Part shown: one piece after another, positions 52,253 to 62,104 of the stretch
Layout of the letters: the number at the start of each line of letters is the position of its first letter
How positions within the stretch are numbered: the stretch's first letter is position 1
From: Marmoricola sp.
Lineage (GTDB): Bacteria > Actinomycetota > Actinomycetes > Propionibacteriales > Nocardioidaceae
Length of the DNA stretch: 64,000 bases
Reading direction: 5' to 3'
Assembly (NCBI GenBank): GCA_035700665.1
Contig: DASSOK010000042.1
Span: forward strand, 6,115-70,114
Made by a program: the position numbers and the translations under genes
The notes under the pieces: generated by a model
Database searches by the model: none
What the model saw: the letters and a program-made list of their open reading frames with translations, nothing else
What the model was told of the DNA's origin: nothing

Positions 52253-53173
52253 TCAGACCAGGCCCTTCTCCTCGAGGTAGTCCTGCGCCACCTGCTCGGG
52301 CTTCTGGCGCTCGTTGACGACCTTGCTGAGCATCGTCTGCAGGTCCTCGGTCGTCAGCACGTCCGCGAGCTCGTTGAGGGCGTCGGCCGCCTTCTGGTTG
52401 TCCTTGAGCCACTCGGAGTTCACGATCGGGATCAGGTTCTCCGCGTTCTGCAGCTGCTGGTCGTCCTCGAGGATCACCAGGTCGTTGGCCGCGACGTTCG
52501 GGCTGGTCGTCCCGACCTGGCCGAGCTGGGTGCGGCCCTTGACCAGGTCCTGGATGGTCGACTGGCTGTCGAACCCGGTGGGCTCGAACCCCACGATGTT
52601 GATGCCGTAGACCTCCTCGAGGCCCACCTGGCAGTCACGCCGCTCCGGGCAGTCGGAGTTGGCGCCCAGCTTGACCGGGATGCCGGCGTCGCCCAGGTCG
52701 CTCAGCGTCGTCAGGTCGTGCTTCTCGGCGAACTCCTTCGTCACCGCGTAGGCGTTGGCGTCCTCGGCCTCGGCCGGCTCCAGCGGGGTCAGCCCGTACT
52801 TGCCGGCGAGCTTCTCCAGCTCCTTCACCGTCGCCTCGGTGTCGGCGGAGGCCACCTTCTCGGCGTCGTCGCCGTTCGCCTTCCGGTTCAGCGCCTCGGT
52901 CATCGAGGAGAGGTAGTCGGCCGAGATCTGCACCTCGTTGTCGATGAGCGGCTGGAGGTAGACGTCACGGGCCCCGAGGGTCTTGACCGACGTCTCGTAG
53001 CCGGCGTCGTCGAGGATCGCCTTGTAGAGCTGGGTCATCACGTCTGCCTCGGGGAACTTCTGCCCGACGATCGTGACCTTCTCGTCGCCACCGCCGCCGA
53101 AGCCGCACGAGGTCGTGAGAAGGAGCGGGAGCGCCACGAGGGCAACGGCGAGCCTGCGAGGGAGGGTGGTCAT
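52253..53173 (-). CDS. Osmoprotectant (glycine betaine/choline) ABC substrate-binding lipoprotein
   Basis: Lipobox TTSC, GQKFPE, LEEVYG, ILEDD. Confidence 0.88.
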   Translation of the reverse strand: MTTLPRRLAVALVALPLLLTTSCGFGGGGDEKVTIVGQKFPEADVMTQLYKAILDDAGYETSVKTLGARDVYLQPLIDNEVQISADYLSSMTEALNRKANGDDAEKVASADTEATVKELEKLAGKYGLTPLEPAEAEDANAYAVTKEFAEKHDLTTLSDLGDAGIPVKLGANSDCPERRDCQVGLEEVYGINIVGFEPTGFDSQSTIQDLVKGRTQLGQVGTTSPNVAANDLVILEDDQQLQNAENLIPIVNSEWLKDNQKAADALNELADVLTTEDLQTMLSKVVNERQKPEQVAQDYLEEKGLV

Positions 53174-53316
53174 CTGTCTCCGCCTTCTGTGTCCCGCGGC
53201 AGGGTGCCGCGCGTGTCCGGCGGGCCGGACAGCCCGCGGCACGACTCTAGGGCACGGGCGGCCGGAGGCCGAGAGCATTTCTCGGGCGACTTTCCGGTGA
53301 CTTTCCCGTGACCGGC

Positions 53317-54000
53317 TCAGCGCGCGCTGGCGGGCACCGGGTCGGCGGCGCGCTGGGCCAGCGCCATCCCGAGCTCCAGGACCAGGGCCGTGGAGGCCAC
53401 GAGGAGCGCACCGGCGACCTGCTCGGCGGTGTCGAAGCTGTCGTAGCCGTGCACGATGATCCGGCCGAGCCCAGGCCCGGCCAGCATCGCGGCGATGGTG
53501 GCGGTCGCCCAGACCTGGACCACTGCGATGCGGAGCCCCGACACGATCAGCGGCAGCGCGAGCGGCAGCTCCACCCGACGCAGCAGCCCGGCCTCGGACA
53601 TGCCCATGCCGCGCGCGGCCTCCTTGACGTCGGGGTCGACCTCGGCCATGCCGACGTAGGTGTTCGTCACGATGGGCGGGAGGGCGAACAGGGCGAGCGC
53701 GACGAGCGTCGCCAGGCCCGACCGGCCGAAGGCGCCGAAGTCACCGGTGCCGAAGACGCCCAGCGCGAGCAAGGAGACCAGCGCCAGGATCGGCACGGCT
53801 CGTCCGACGTTCGTCAGGTTCACGGCGAGGGTGCCGCCCTTGCCCCGGTGACCGAGCCAGACCGCCAGGGGCAGCCCGACCGCGGCGGCGACGAGGAGTG
53901 ACACCACGGTCAGCAGCACGTGCTGGAGCAGCAGGGTCGGGATCCCGTTGGAGCCCTCCCAGTGCGCCGGGTCGGTGAACCACTCGACGACGCCGCCCAT
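53317..54000 (-). CDS. Osmoprotectant ABC permease
   Basis: GRAVPILA, EAARGMGMS (EAA loop), GPGLG. Confidence 0.9.
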   Translation of the reverse strand: MGGVVEWFTDPAHWEGSNGIPTLLLQHVLLTVVSLLVAAAVGLPLAVWLGHRGKGGTLAVNLTNVGRAVPILALVSLLALGVFGTGDFGAFGRSGLATLVALALFALPPIVTNTYVGMAEVDPDVKEAARGMGMSEAGLLRRVELPLALPLIVSGLRIAVVQVWATATIAAMLAGPGLGRIIVHGYDSFDTAEQVAGALLVASTALVLELGMALAQRAADPVPASAR

Positions 54001-54722
54001 CAGGCCGACCTCGCCCGGGTCCACGGCGTGAGCAACCGCTGCACGCCGACGAGGAGCAGGTCCAGGGCCACCGCCAGCAGCACGCAGAGCACGCTCGCGG
54101 CGAGCACCTCGGCGTGGAAGTCGGTCACCGTGGCCGCCTCCAGCAACATGTCGCCCAGCCCGCCGTAGTCGAGGATGGCGCCGACCGTGGTCAGCGCGAC
54201 CGCCGAGACCGTGGCGACCCGCAGGGACGCCATCATCGTCGGCAGCGCCAGCGGCACCTCGACCCGCCAGAGCAACCGGCGGGCGCCGTACCCCATCCCC
54301 AGCGCCGCCTCCCGCACCTCCGTGGGTACGGCGCGCAGGCCGTCGAGGATCCCGCGGACGAGGATCGTGAGGGAGTAGATGCCGAGGCCGAGCACGACGG
54401 TGTTGCCGGTCAGACCGGTGAGCGGCACGAGCAGGGAGAACAGCGCCAGGGACGGAATCGTGTAGAGCGCGGTCGTCGTGCCGACGACCAGGCCTTCGAG
54501 TCTTCGGTAGCGTCGGGCCAGCAGGGCCAGGGGGATCGCGAGCACCAGGCCGAGCACCACCGAGGCGGCGACGACCACCAGGTGCTGGACGGTCGCGTCG
54601 GCGAGCTCACCGGCCCGTGAGGTGTAGTACTCGCCGCAGATCCAGTCGTTGCGGTAGAGGCAGTCGTCCGCAGAGGTGGGAGCCGCCAGTGGAAGCACGA
54701 ACGGGAGCGCCGAGGGGTGCAC
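54000..54722 (-). CDS. Osmoprotectant ABC permease
   Basis: YTIPSLAL, EAALGMGY, GGLG. Confidence 0.9.
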   Translation of the reverse strand: MHPSALPFVLPLAAPTSADDCLYRNDWICGEYYTSRAGELADATVQHLVVVAASVVLGLVLAIPLALLARRYRRLEGLVVGTTTALYTIPSLALFSLLVPLTGLTGNTVVLGLGIYSLTILVRGILDGLRAVPTEVREAALGMGYGARRLLWRVEVPLALPTMMASLRVATVSAVALTTVGAILDYGGLGDMLLEAATVTDFHAEVLAASVLCVLLAVALDLLLVGVQRLLTPWTRARSA

Positions 54723-54745
54723 AGGGCGACGGTAGCGCGACGCCG

Positions 54746-55732
54746 ATGATCCGCCTGGAAGGCGTGGGCAAGACGTACGACGACGGCACGGTCGCCGTGC
54801 ACGACCTCGACCTCGACGTGCCCCGCGGCGCCTTCGTGTGCCTGGTCGGACCGTCCGGATGCGGCAAGTCCACCACCCTGAAGATGGTGAACCGGCTGAT
54901 CGAGCCCACCTGCGGCCGGATCGTGCTCGACGGGGACGACGTCACCCACGCCGACCCGGTTCGGCTGCGCCGCGGGATCGGCTACGTGATCCAGCAGGTG
55001 GGGCTCTTCCCGCACCAGGACGTGCTCACCAACGTCGCCACGGTCCCGAGCCTCCTGGGCTGGGACCGCGAGCGGGCCACCGGACGGGCCCGTGAGCTGC
55101 TCTCCCTCGTCGGGCTGGACCCGGACACCTACGCCGGCCGTTACCCGAGCCAGCTCTCGGGCGGGCAACGCCAGCGCGTCGGCGTGGCGCGCGCGTTGGC
55201 CGCGGACCCGCCGGTGCTGCTGATGGACGAGCCCTTCGGGGCCGTGGACCCCATCGCTCGCGGCCGGCTGCAGGACGACGTGCGCCGGCTCCAGCAGGAG
55301 CTCGGCAAGACGGTGGTGATGGTGACCCACGACATCGAGGAGGCGGTGAAGCTGGGCGATCGGGTCGCGGTGTTCGCCACCGGTGGCCGGCTCGCCCAGT
55401 ACGACGTCCCGGCGGCCGTCCTCGGCGCTCCGGCCGACGACTTCGTGACCGAGTTCGTCGGCCGCGCGCGGGGACTGCGCCGGCTGGCCGTGACGCCGAT
55501 CGACCCGGCGCACCTGGAGCCGATGGACGGGGTGGCTGCCGGCCAGCTCGGCGGCACCGTGGACGTCTCGGCGACGCTCGAGGAGGCGATGTCGCTGATG
55601 ATGCGCGAGGACCGGCCGATCGTCGGCGTCACCGACGGGGCCCGCTTCCTCGGCGTCCTCACGCCCAACGGCGTGCACGCCATGCTCCGCGCGGACGTGA
55701 ACCGGCCGGCGGACGGGTCAGGCGGTGCGTGA
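54746..55732 (+). CDS. Osmoprotectant ABC ATP-binding protein (OpuCA-like)
   Basis: [34 protein letters not shown]; CBS-like C-terminus. Confidence 0.93.
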   Translation: MIRLEGVGKTYDDGTVAVHDLDLDVPRGAFVCLVGPSGCGKSTTLKMVNRLIEPTCGRIVLDGDDVTHADPVRLRRGIGYVIQQVGLFPHQDVLTNVATVPSLLGWDRERATGRARELLSLVGLDPDTYAGRYPSQLSGGQRQRVGVARALAADPPVLLMDEPFGAVDPIARGRLQDDVRRLQQELGKTVVMVTHDIEEAVKLGDRVAVFATGGRLAQYDVPAAVLGAPADDFVTEFVGRARGLRRLAVTPIDPAHLEPMDGVAAGQLGGTVDVSATLEEAMSLMMREDRPIVGVTDGARFLGVLTPNGVHAMLRADVNRPADGSGGA

Positions 55733-56344
55733 CCCCTTGGTCGACGCAGCCTTGACCGCGTCGTTCTCCGCGCTGCGGTGGGCTGCCTGCTCGGCCCAGG
55801 CGACCAGCTCCTGGACGCTCTCGCCGCCCTCTCCCTCCCACGCGGCCAGGGCGGCCTCGTGCTCCGCGGCCTCGCGGCGCTGCAGGGCGTCCTGCAGCTC
55901 CGCCACCCGGCCGATGGCGTCGACCAGCCCCGACTCCGCGGTCTCGGCGCGCAAACGCGCCTCGGCGGCCTGCTGCTGTGCCTGGACCAGCTCTCCCTGG
56001 AGCTCGCGCTGGGAGAGGTTCGCCTCGGCCAGCCGCTCGGTCATCGCGGTGGTGAACTCGGCGTGCTCGGCGGCGCGCACCGAGAACAGCTCCTTGTAGG
56101 CGGTCGCGGCAGCGGCCCGGTCGAGGGCGTTCTCGCGGCGCGACTGGAGCACTTCGGTCCAGACGATCCGCAGCGCGGCCCAGCCGAGCACGATCGCGGT
56201 GACGGAGCTGACGCTGAGCAGCAGCGGTGACTGGGTCGGGAGGGCGAGGAGGACGGCGGCGGTGGCCACCGACAGGAGGGAGACCGCGACGGTGACGCGG
56301 ACGCTGCGCTGCCGGCGGCGCGCGGGGGTGCGGGAAGCAGCCAT
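55718..56344 (-). CDS. Hypothetical membrane protein with coiled coil
   Basis: Two N-terminal TM helices, then an Ala/Glu/Arg-rich helix; TAGCCT -10 just before the ATG. Confidence 0.65.
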   Translation of the reverse strand: MAASRTPARRRQRSVRVTVAVSLLSVATAAVLLALPTQSPLLLSVSSVTAIVLGWAALRIVWTEVLQSRRENALDRAAAATAYKELFSVRAAEHAEFTTAMTERLAEANLSQRELQGELVQAQQQAAEARLRAETAESGLVDAIGRVAELQDALQRREAAEHEAALAAWEGEGGESVQELVAWAEQAAHRSAENDAVKAASTKGSRTA

Positions 56345-56361
56345 ACCCGAAGGCTAGGCGC

Positions 56362-56874
56362 TCACGGCTCCCGCGTCGGCACGCGACACGCACGCTCCAG
56401 GAGCAGCCCGGCCACCATCAGCGCGACCCCTCCGGCTGCCGCGCCGAGCGACCACCAGACCTGGCTGCGCGCATGCGCCTCCCCGACGCCTAGGTGCGCG
56501 ATCGCGTTCCCGGCGTATCCCCCGAGCACGGCCGCCCCGACCAGGGCGCACGCCCGGGCCAGCAGCAGCCGGTTGACCGCCTGGTGCGTGGGCAGGCGGC
56601 GGCCGTCCCGGTGCACGGTGCGCCAGGTGAAGTACGCCGCCATCGCGACGATCGCGGCGGCGAAGAAGATCAGCGCGACCGAGACCGGGGGCACCGACGG
56701 CGCCACCCTGCCCGCGCGGATGCTCAGCGGGCGCACCAGCCAGCCGCCGACGAGGCCGAGCAGCCCGAGGACCACGAGCGGACCCGGGCCCAGCGGCCGC
56801 ATCCGGCCCTGGGGCTCCTCGTCGTCCGGCCCGGAGGACTCCGACCCGGGAGCACCCGCCCCCGGCCGGGTCAC
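56362..56874 (-). CDS. DUF3180 membrane protein
   Basis: Four TM segments, LERACRVP C-terminus; follows folK. Confidence 0.85.
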   Translation of the reverse strand: MTRPGAGAPGSESSGPDDEEPQGRMRPLGPGPLVVLGLLGLVGGWLVRPLSIRAGRVAPSVPPVSVALIFFAAAIVAMAAYFTWRTVHRDGRRLPTHQAVNRLLLARACALVGAAVLGGYAGNAIAHLGVGEAHARSQVWWSLGAAAGGVALMVAGLLLERACRVPTREP

Positions 56875-57446
56875 TGCAGCACGAGCTCGATGTCGTCGCG
56901 GAGGGTGACGCCCTCGCGCCCGGTCTGCTCCAGCAGCTCGGCGATCGGACCGGCACCGGGGATCTCCGCCTCGGGCTCGAGGTCGTGCCAGGGCACCAGC
57001 ACGAACGCCCGGTGGGCAGCGCGCGGGTGCGGCAGCTTGAGGGTGTCGTCGTCGGCACGGCGGTCGCCGAGCACGATCAGGTCGACGTCGAGCGTGCGCG
57101 GCGCGTTGTGCTGGGCCTGCACCTCCCGCTCCCGGCCGTAGGCGGACTCGATCGCCAGGGCGCGGTCGAGCAGCGTCGCCGCGGACAGCGTGGTGTCGAG
57201 CAGCACCACCGCGTTGAGGTAGTCCTTGGCGTCCTCCGGTGAGTCGACCGGGCTGGTCTCGTAGACCGGCGACACGCCGGTCACCCAGACCTCCGGGGTG
57301 TCGACGAGAGAGTCGACAGCGCCCTGCAGGTTGAGCCGGCGGTCACCCAGGTTCGACCCGATGGAGACCACCGCCCGACGGATCGGGTGCATCTCGCCGG
57401 TCAGGGTGTCGGCATCGATGACGGCAGGGTTCGGGGACTCGGTCAC
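56871..57446 (-). CDS. folK: 2-amino-4-hydroxy-6-hydroxymethyldihydropteridine diphosphokinase
   Basis: SIGSNLGDR, YLNAV, PRTLDVD, LPHPRA...RAFVLVP. Confidence 0.96.
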   Translation of the reverse strand: MTESPNPAVIDADTLTGEMHPIRRAVVSIGSNLGDRRLNLQGAVDSLVDTPEVWVTGVSPVYETSPVDSPEDAKDYLNAVVLLDTTLSAATLLDRALAIESAYGREREVQAQHNAPRTLDVDLIVLGDRRADDDTLKLPHPRAAHRAFVLVPWHDLEPEAEIPGAGPIAELLEQTGREGVTLRDDIELVLQ

Positions 57447-57805
57447 TTGCGACTCCGGTTGATCGTCAGGGCCACGTCCGAGAACGTCGCCTCGATGGGG
57501 GCTTGCGGCTTGTGCACGGTCACTTCCGCCCATTCCACCTGCTCACGGGACAGGCACACGTCGGCGATCCGCTGCGCCACCGTCTCGATCAGGTCGACGG
57601 GGTCCTGCTCGACCGCAGTGGTCACGTCCTGGACGAGGCTCCCGTAGTCGACGGTCCGGGACAAGTCGTCCGCAGCAGCCGCCTCTCCGGTGTCCACGCC
57701 GAGGCACAGGTCGATGACGAACTTCTGCCCGTCACGGCGTTCGAAGTCGAACACTCCGTGGTGGGCGAAGACCTCGATCCCGCGCACCGCCAGCTGGTCA
57801 GTCAT
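57443..57805 (-). CDS. folB: Dihydroneopterin aldolase
   Basis: HHGVFDFER, TVDYG, LIETVA, VHKPQAP. Confidence 0.96.
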   Translation of the reverse strand: MTDQLAVRGIEVFAHHGVFDFERRDGQKFVIDLCLGVDTGEAAAADDLSRTVDYGSLVQDVTTAVEQDPVDLIETVAQRIADVCLSREQVEWAEVTVHKPQAPIEATFSDVALTINRSRK

Positions 57806-57859
57806 CGCCTCGACACTACCGGCGGCGCGGTCGGGGCGGAAAGCTGGCCCGGGAGCCGC

Positions 57860-58750
57860 TCAGGCGTCCCCGGTCGTCCGCTGCCAGCGCGAGACGACCT
57901 TGAGGGCGTCCACACTCGCTCGCGCCTCGTGCACGCGCACGCCCCACACCCCGGCGAGCCCGGCGAGCGTGGTGAGCGCCACGTTGGCGTCCTCGCGGTC
58001 GAGGACCGGTCGGGGCCGGCCGGCGTCGTCGGCGAGCAGGCTGCCGAGGAAGGACTTCCGGCTCGAGCCCACGAGGATGGGCAGCCCGAGCTCGTCGATG
58101 ACGTCGAGCCGTTGGAGCAGCTGCCAGTTGTGCTCCGCGGTCTTCGCGAAGCCCAGGCCCGGGTCCACGGCGAGCCGGTCCGCGCCGATCCCGGACGCGA
58201 GCGCCGCCTCGACCCGCTCGGCGAGCTCGTAGCGCACCGCTCGCGCCACACCGCCCGTCGTCGCGTCGTACGACGCCCGCTGCTGCATCACGTCGGAGTG
58301 GCCACGCCAGTGCATCGCGACGTAGGCAGCACCCGCGTCCGCCGTCGTCCGCAGGATGTCGGGGTCCGCGAGGCCACCGGACACGTCGTTGACCAGGGCG
58401 GCACCGGCCGCGAGCGCGGCGGCTGCGACCTCGCTCCGCATCGTGTCAACGCTGACCAGCGCGCCGTGGCCGGCGAGCTCGGAGATCACCGGGATGACCC
58501 GGTCGAGCTCCTCCTGCACGAGCGGACGCGTCGCACCGGGGCGGGTGGACTCCCCGCCGATGTCGACCAGGTCGGCCCCGTCGGCCACCATCGCCAGCCC
58601 GTGTGCGACCGCGGCGTCCACGTCGGCGAACCGGCCACCGTCGGAGAAGGAGTCGGGGGTGACGTTGACGACGCCCATGACGAGGGTCCGGTCGCGCTCC
58701 GGCAGACCGGCCACGTGTCGGACCGGCAGTCTCCCGGAGAAGAGCGTCAT
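57860..58750 (-). CDS. folP: Dihydropteroate synthase
   Basis: MGVVNVTPDSFSDGG, GGESTRPG, DPGLGFAK, SRKSF, RVHE. Confidence 0.97.
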   Translation of the reverse strand: MTLFSGRLPVRHVAGLPERDRTLVMGVVNVTPDSFSDGGRFADVDAAVAHGLAMVADGADLVDIGGESTRPGATRPLVQEELDRVIPVISELAGHGALVSVDTMRSEVAAAALAAGAALVNDVSGGLADPDILRTTADAGAAYVAMHWRGHSDVMQQRASYDATTGGVARAVRYELAERVEAALASGIGADRLAVDPGLGFAKTAEHNWQLLQRLDVIDELGLPILVGSSRKSFLGSLLADDAGRPRPVLDREDANVALTTLAGLAGVWGVRVHEARASVDALKVVSRWQRTTGDA

Positions 58751-58760
58751 GGCGCAGTGT

Positions 58761-59378
58761 CTACCGGTGTGCGTTGATGAGCGCCATGGCCTCCGACCGG
58801 GTGGCCGCGTTGTGCATCATGCCCCGCACCGCGGAGGTGATCGTGCGGGCGCCGGCCTTGCGGACGCCCCGCATCGTCATGCAGAGGTGCTCGGCCTCGA
58901 TCACCACGATGGCGCCACGAGCCTCGAGGATCTCCATCAGCGAGTCGGCGACCTGCGTGGTGAGCCGTTCCTGGACCTGCGGCCGTCTCGCGTAGACGTC
59001 GACCAGCCGGGCCAGCTTCGAGAGCCCGGTGATCTTCCCCGACTCCGCGGGGATGTAGCCGACGTGCGCGACGCCGGTGAACGGCACCAGGTGGTGCTCG
59101 CACATCGACCACAGCTCGATGTCGCGGACCAGCACCATCTCGTCGTGCCCGAGGTCGAAGGTGGTGGTGAGGACGTCCTCCGGACGCTGGCGCAGGCCCG
59201 CGGTCATCTCGGCGTACGCCCGGGCCACCCGGGCAGGGGTGTCCCGGAGCCCCTCGCGCTCGGGGTCCTCCCCGATCGCGTAGAGCAGCTCCCGCACGGC
59301 CGCTTCGGCGCGCGCCGCGTCGAACGGCCCGACCGGCCGGTCCGGCTCGCTGACCGGGCCGATGGCCCCGGTGCTCAT
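58761..59378 (-). CDS. folE: GTP cyclohydrolase I
   Basis: [36 protein letters not shown]. Confidence 0.97.
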   Translation of the reverse strand: MSTGAIGPVSEPDRPVGPFDAARAEAAVRELLYAIGEDPEREGLRDTPARVARAYAEMTAGLRQRPEDVLTTTFDLGHDEMVLVRDIELWSMCEHHLVPFTGVAHVGYIPAESGKITGLSKLARLVDVYARRPQVQERLTTQVADSLMEILEARGAIVVIEAEHLCMTMRGVRKAGARTITSAVRGMMHNAATRSEAMALINAHR

Positions 59379-61441
59379 GAGGGCAGGTTCCCCGGCCCCG
59401 GCGTCGGCGGCTGCGGCGTCTCCGCCCCCGGGGTGGGGGTTCCGCCGTGGGTGTCGCCGTCGGCACCGGGCGGGGTCAGGATGACCGCGCCCGACTGGTC
59501 GTCGGCCACGGCTCCCTCGGCGGCTGCCTGCCGGATCTTCTCCGGGATCTCCACCGGCGGGATCTCCGAGGGCACCCGGTCCGGTGAGCCGGTCCACGCG
59601 GGGCGCATCGGCCGGCGACGCAGCGGCTCGAACACCCGGGCCACCGCCTCCTTGTCGAGCGTCTCGTGCTCCACGAGGGCGAGCACCAGCGCGTCGAGGA
59701 CGTCGCGGTTCTCCTCGAGGATGTCGAAGGCCTCCTGGTGCGCGGCGGAGAGCAGCTTCTTGGTCTCCTCGTCGACGATCGCGGCGACGTCCTCGGAGTA
59801 GTTGCGCGAGTGCCCCATGTCGCGGCCCAGGAACGGCTCGCCCTGGGTCTCGCCCAGCTTGATCGCGCCCAGCCGCTCGGTCATGCCGTACTGGGTGACC
59901 ATCGCCCGGGCCAGGCTGGTGGCCTTCTCGATGTCGTTGCCGGCCCCGGTGGTCGGGTCGTGGAAGATCATCTCCTCCGCCGCCCGGCCGCCCAGCATGT
60001 AGGCGAGCTTGTCGAGCATCTCCGAGCGCGTCTGGGAGTACTTGTCCTCGTCGGGCAGGACCATGGTGTAGCCCAGCGCCCGGCCGCGCGGCAGGATGGT
60101 GATCTTGTGCACCGGGTCGGTGCCGGGCAGGGCAGCGGCGACCAGGGCGTGGCCGCCCTCGTGGTAGGCGGTGATGAGCTTCTCCTTCTCGCTCATCAGG
60201 CGGGTGCGCTTCTGCGGGCCGGCGATGACGCGGTCGATCGCCTCGTCGAGAGCGGCGTTGTCGATCAGCTTGGCGTTGTTGCGCGCCGTCAGCAGCGCCG
60301 CCTCGTTGAGCACGTTCGCCAGGTCGGCACCGGTGAAGCCGGGAGTACGACGGGCAACCGAGAGCAGGTCGACGTCGGTCGCCATCGGCTTGCCGCGCGC
60401 GTGCACCCGCAGGATCTGCTCGCGGCCCTTGAGGTCCGGGGCGTCCACGCTGATCTGGCGGTCGAACCGGCCCGGCCGCAGCAGCGCCGGGTCGAGGATG
60501 TCGGGCCGGTTGGTGGCCGCGATGAGGATGACACCACCGCGGACGTCGAACCCGTCCATCTCCACCAGCAGCTGGTTGAGGGTCTGCTCGCGCTCGTCGT
60601 GGCCGCCGCCCATGCCGGCGCCGCGGTGTCGGCCGACGGCGTCGATCTCGTCGATGAAGACGATCGCCGGGGCGTTCTCCTTGGCCTGCTCGAACAGGTC
60701 CCGCACCCGGGAAGCGCCGACGCCGACGAACATCTCCACGAAGTCCGAGCCGGAGATGGAGTAGAACGGCACGCCGGCCTCGCCCGCGACGGCGCGCGCC
60801 AGCAGCGTCTTGCCGGTGCCGGGCTGGCCGTAGAGGAGCACGCCCTTGGGGATCTTCGCCCCCACCGCCTGGAACTTCGCCGGCTCCTGCAGGAACTCCT
60901 TGATCTCGCCGAGCTCCTCGATCGCCTCCTCGCAGCCGGCCACGTCGGCGAAGGTGGTCTTCGGCATGTCCTTGCTGATCAGCTTCGCCTTGGACTTGGC
61001 GAACTGCATCACCCGGCCGCCGCCACCCTGCATCTGGTTCATCAGGAACAGGAAGATGACCACGATCAGGATGAACGGCAGCAGCGTCGCGGCGATCGTG
61101 CCGAGCAGGCTCGGCTTGGGGTTCTTGACGTTGAACTTCTCGATCTCGCCGGCCTCGACCTGCTTCTGGACCTGCTCGACCAGGCCGACCTGCTGGCCGT
61201 CGACCCAGGTGGCCATCACCTTCTTGCCGTCGTCGAGCTTCGCGCGGATCTCCTGGTCGCCACCGTCGACGAAGGTGATCTCCTCGATGTCGCCCTTCTC
61301 GATGTGCTGGACCATCTTCGAGGTCTCGATCTCGGTGTAGCCGCCGTTGGGCACGGCGTACTGCAGGGTGAGGATCACGGCCACGACGGCGAGGGTGATC
61401 CACAACCAGGGACCCCGGACTATGCGCTTCACGCCGGACAT
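59375..61441 (-). CDS. ftsH: ATP-dependent zinc metalloprotease FtsH
   Basis: Two TM helices, [19 protein letters not shown] zinc motif; start may be the GTG at 61432. Confidence 0.98.
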   Translation of the reverse strand: MSGVKRIVRGPWLWITLAVVAVILTLQYAVPNGGYTEIETSKMVQHIEKGDIEEITFVDGGDQEIRAKLDDGKKVMATWVDGQQVGLVEQVQKQVEAGEIEKFNVKNPKPSLLGTIAATLLPFILIVVIFLFLMNQMQGGGGRVMQFAKSKAKLISKDMPKTTFADVAGCEEAIEELGEIKEFLQEPAKFQAVGAKIPKGVLLYGQPGTGKTLLARAVAGEAGVPFYSISGSDFVEMFVGVGASRVRDLFEQAKENAPAIVFIDEIDAVGRHRGAGMGGGHDEREQTLNQLLVEMDGFDVRGGVILIAATNRPDILDPALLRPGRFDRQISVDAPDLKGREQILRVHARGKPMATDVDLLSVARRTPGFTGADLANVLNEAALLTARNNAKLIDNAALDEAIDRVIAGPQKRTRLMSEKEKLITAYHEGGHALVAAALPGTDPVHKITILPRGRALGYTMVLPDEDKYSQTRSEMLDKLAYMLGGRAAEEMIFHDPTTGAGNDIEKATSLARAMVTQYGMTERLGAIKLGETQGEPFLGRDMGHSRNYSEDVAAIVDEETKKLLSAAHQEAFDILEENRDVLDALVLALVEHETLDKEAVARVFEPLRRRPMRPAWTGSPDRVPSEIPPVEIPEKIRQAAAEGAVADDQSGAVILTPPGADGDTHGGTPTPGAETPQPPTPGPGNLPS

Positions 61442-61487
61442 CCTCTCAGGTGACGCAACGCCTCAGGAATCGCGTGGCGCTCCGGCC

Positions 61488-62039
61488 TCAGGAGTAGACG
61501 TGCGGCGCCAGCGTGCCGATGTCGCGCAGGTTGCGGTAGCGCTCCTTGTAGTCCAGGCCGTAGCCGACGACGAATTCATTGGGGATGTCCCAGCCGACGT
61601 ACTTGACGTCGACGTCCATCCGCTGCGCCTCCGGCTTGCGCAGCAGGGTGCAGATCTCGACGCTGGCGGGGTTGCGACTGGCGAGGTTGGACGTCAGCCA
61701 GGACAGCGTGAGCCCGGTGTCGATGATCTCGTCGACGATGATGACGTCGCGGTTGGTGATGTCGGTGTCGAGGTCCTTGAGGATCCGCACCACGCCGGAC
61801 GACTTCGTGCCGGAGCCGTAGGAGGAGATCGCCATCCAGTCCATCTCGAGGTGCCGGTGGAAGGCCCGGGCCAGGTCGGCCATCACCATCACGGCACCGC
61901 GGAGGATGCCGACGATCAGGACGTCCTTGCCCTCGTAGTCGACCTCGATGCGCTGCGCCAGCTCACCGAGCTTGTCCTGGATCTGCTGCTCGGTGAAGAG
62001 CACGTTGACGAGGTCGCCCTCGATGTCCGACGCGTCCAT
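61488..62039 (-). CDS. hpt: Hypoxanthine phosphoribosyltransferase
   Basis: IVDEIIDTGLTL PRPP motif, FVVGYGLDY. Confidence 0.97.
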   Translation of the reverse strand: MDASDIEGDLVNVLFTEQQIQDKLGELAQRIEVDYEGKDVLIVGILRGAVMVMADLARAFHRHLEMDWMAISSYGSGTKSSGVVRILKDLDTDITNRDVIIVDEIIDTGLTLSWLTSNLASRNPASVEICTLLRKPEAQRMDVDVKYVGWDIPNEFVVGYGLDYKERYRNLRDIGTLAPHVYS

Positions 62040-62069
62040 GCCGAACAGGGTAAGGGTCGCCGCCGGCCG

Positions 62070-62096
62070 GGAAGATCCCGGCCCGGCCGGGCGTTG
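62070..62096 (+). promoter_or_regulatory. Putative SigR/SigH-type promoter GGAAG-N18-GTTG for the LLM gene
   Basis: Exact 18-nt spacer, ending about 9 nt before ATG 62105; no obvious RBS. Confidence 0.45.
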
Positions 62097-62104
62097 TGCC
62101 GGGC

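Noticed and set aside
58761-61403. 880-aa ORF suggesting a long FolE fusion
   Set aside because: The upstream part is an off-frame overlap of ftsH; folE starts at ATG 59378, overlapping the ftsH stop.
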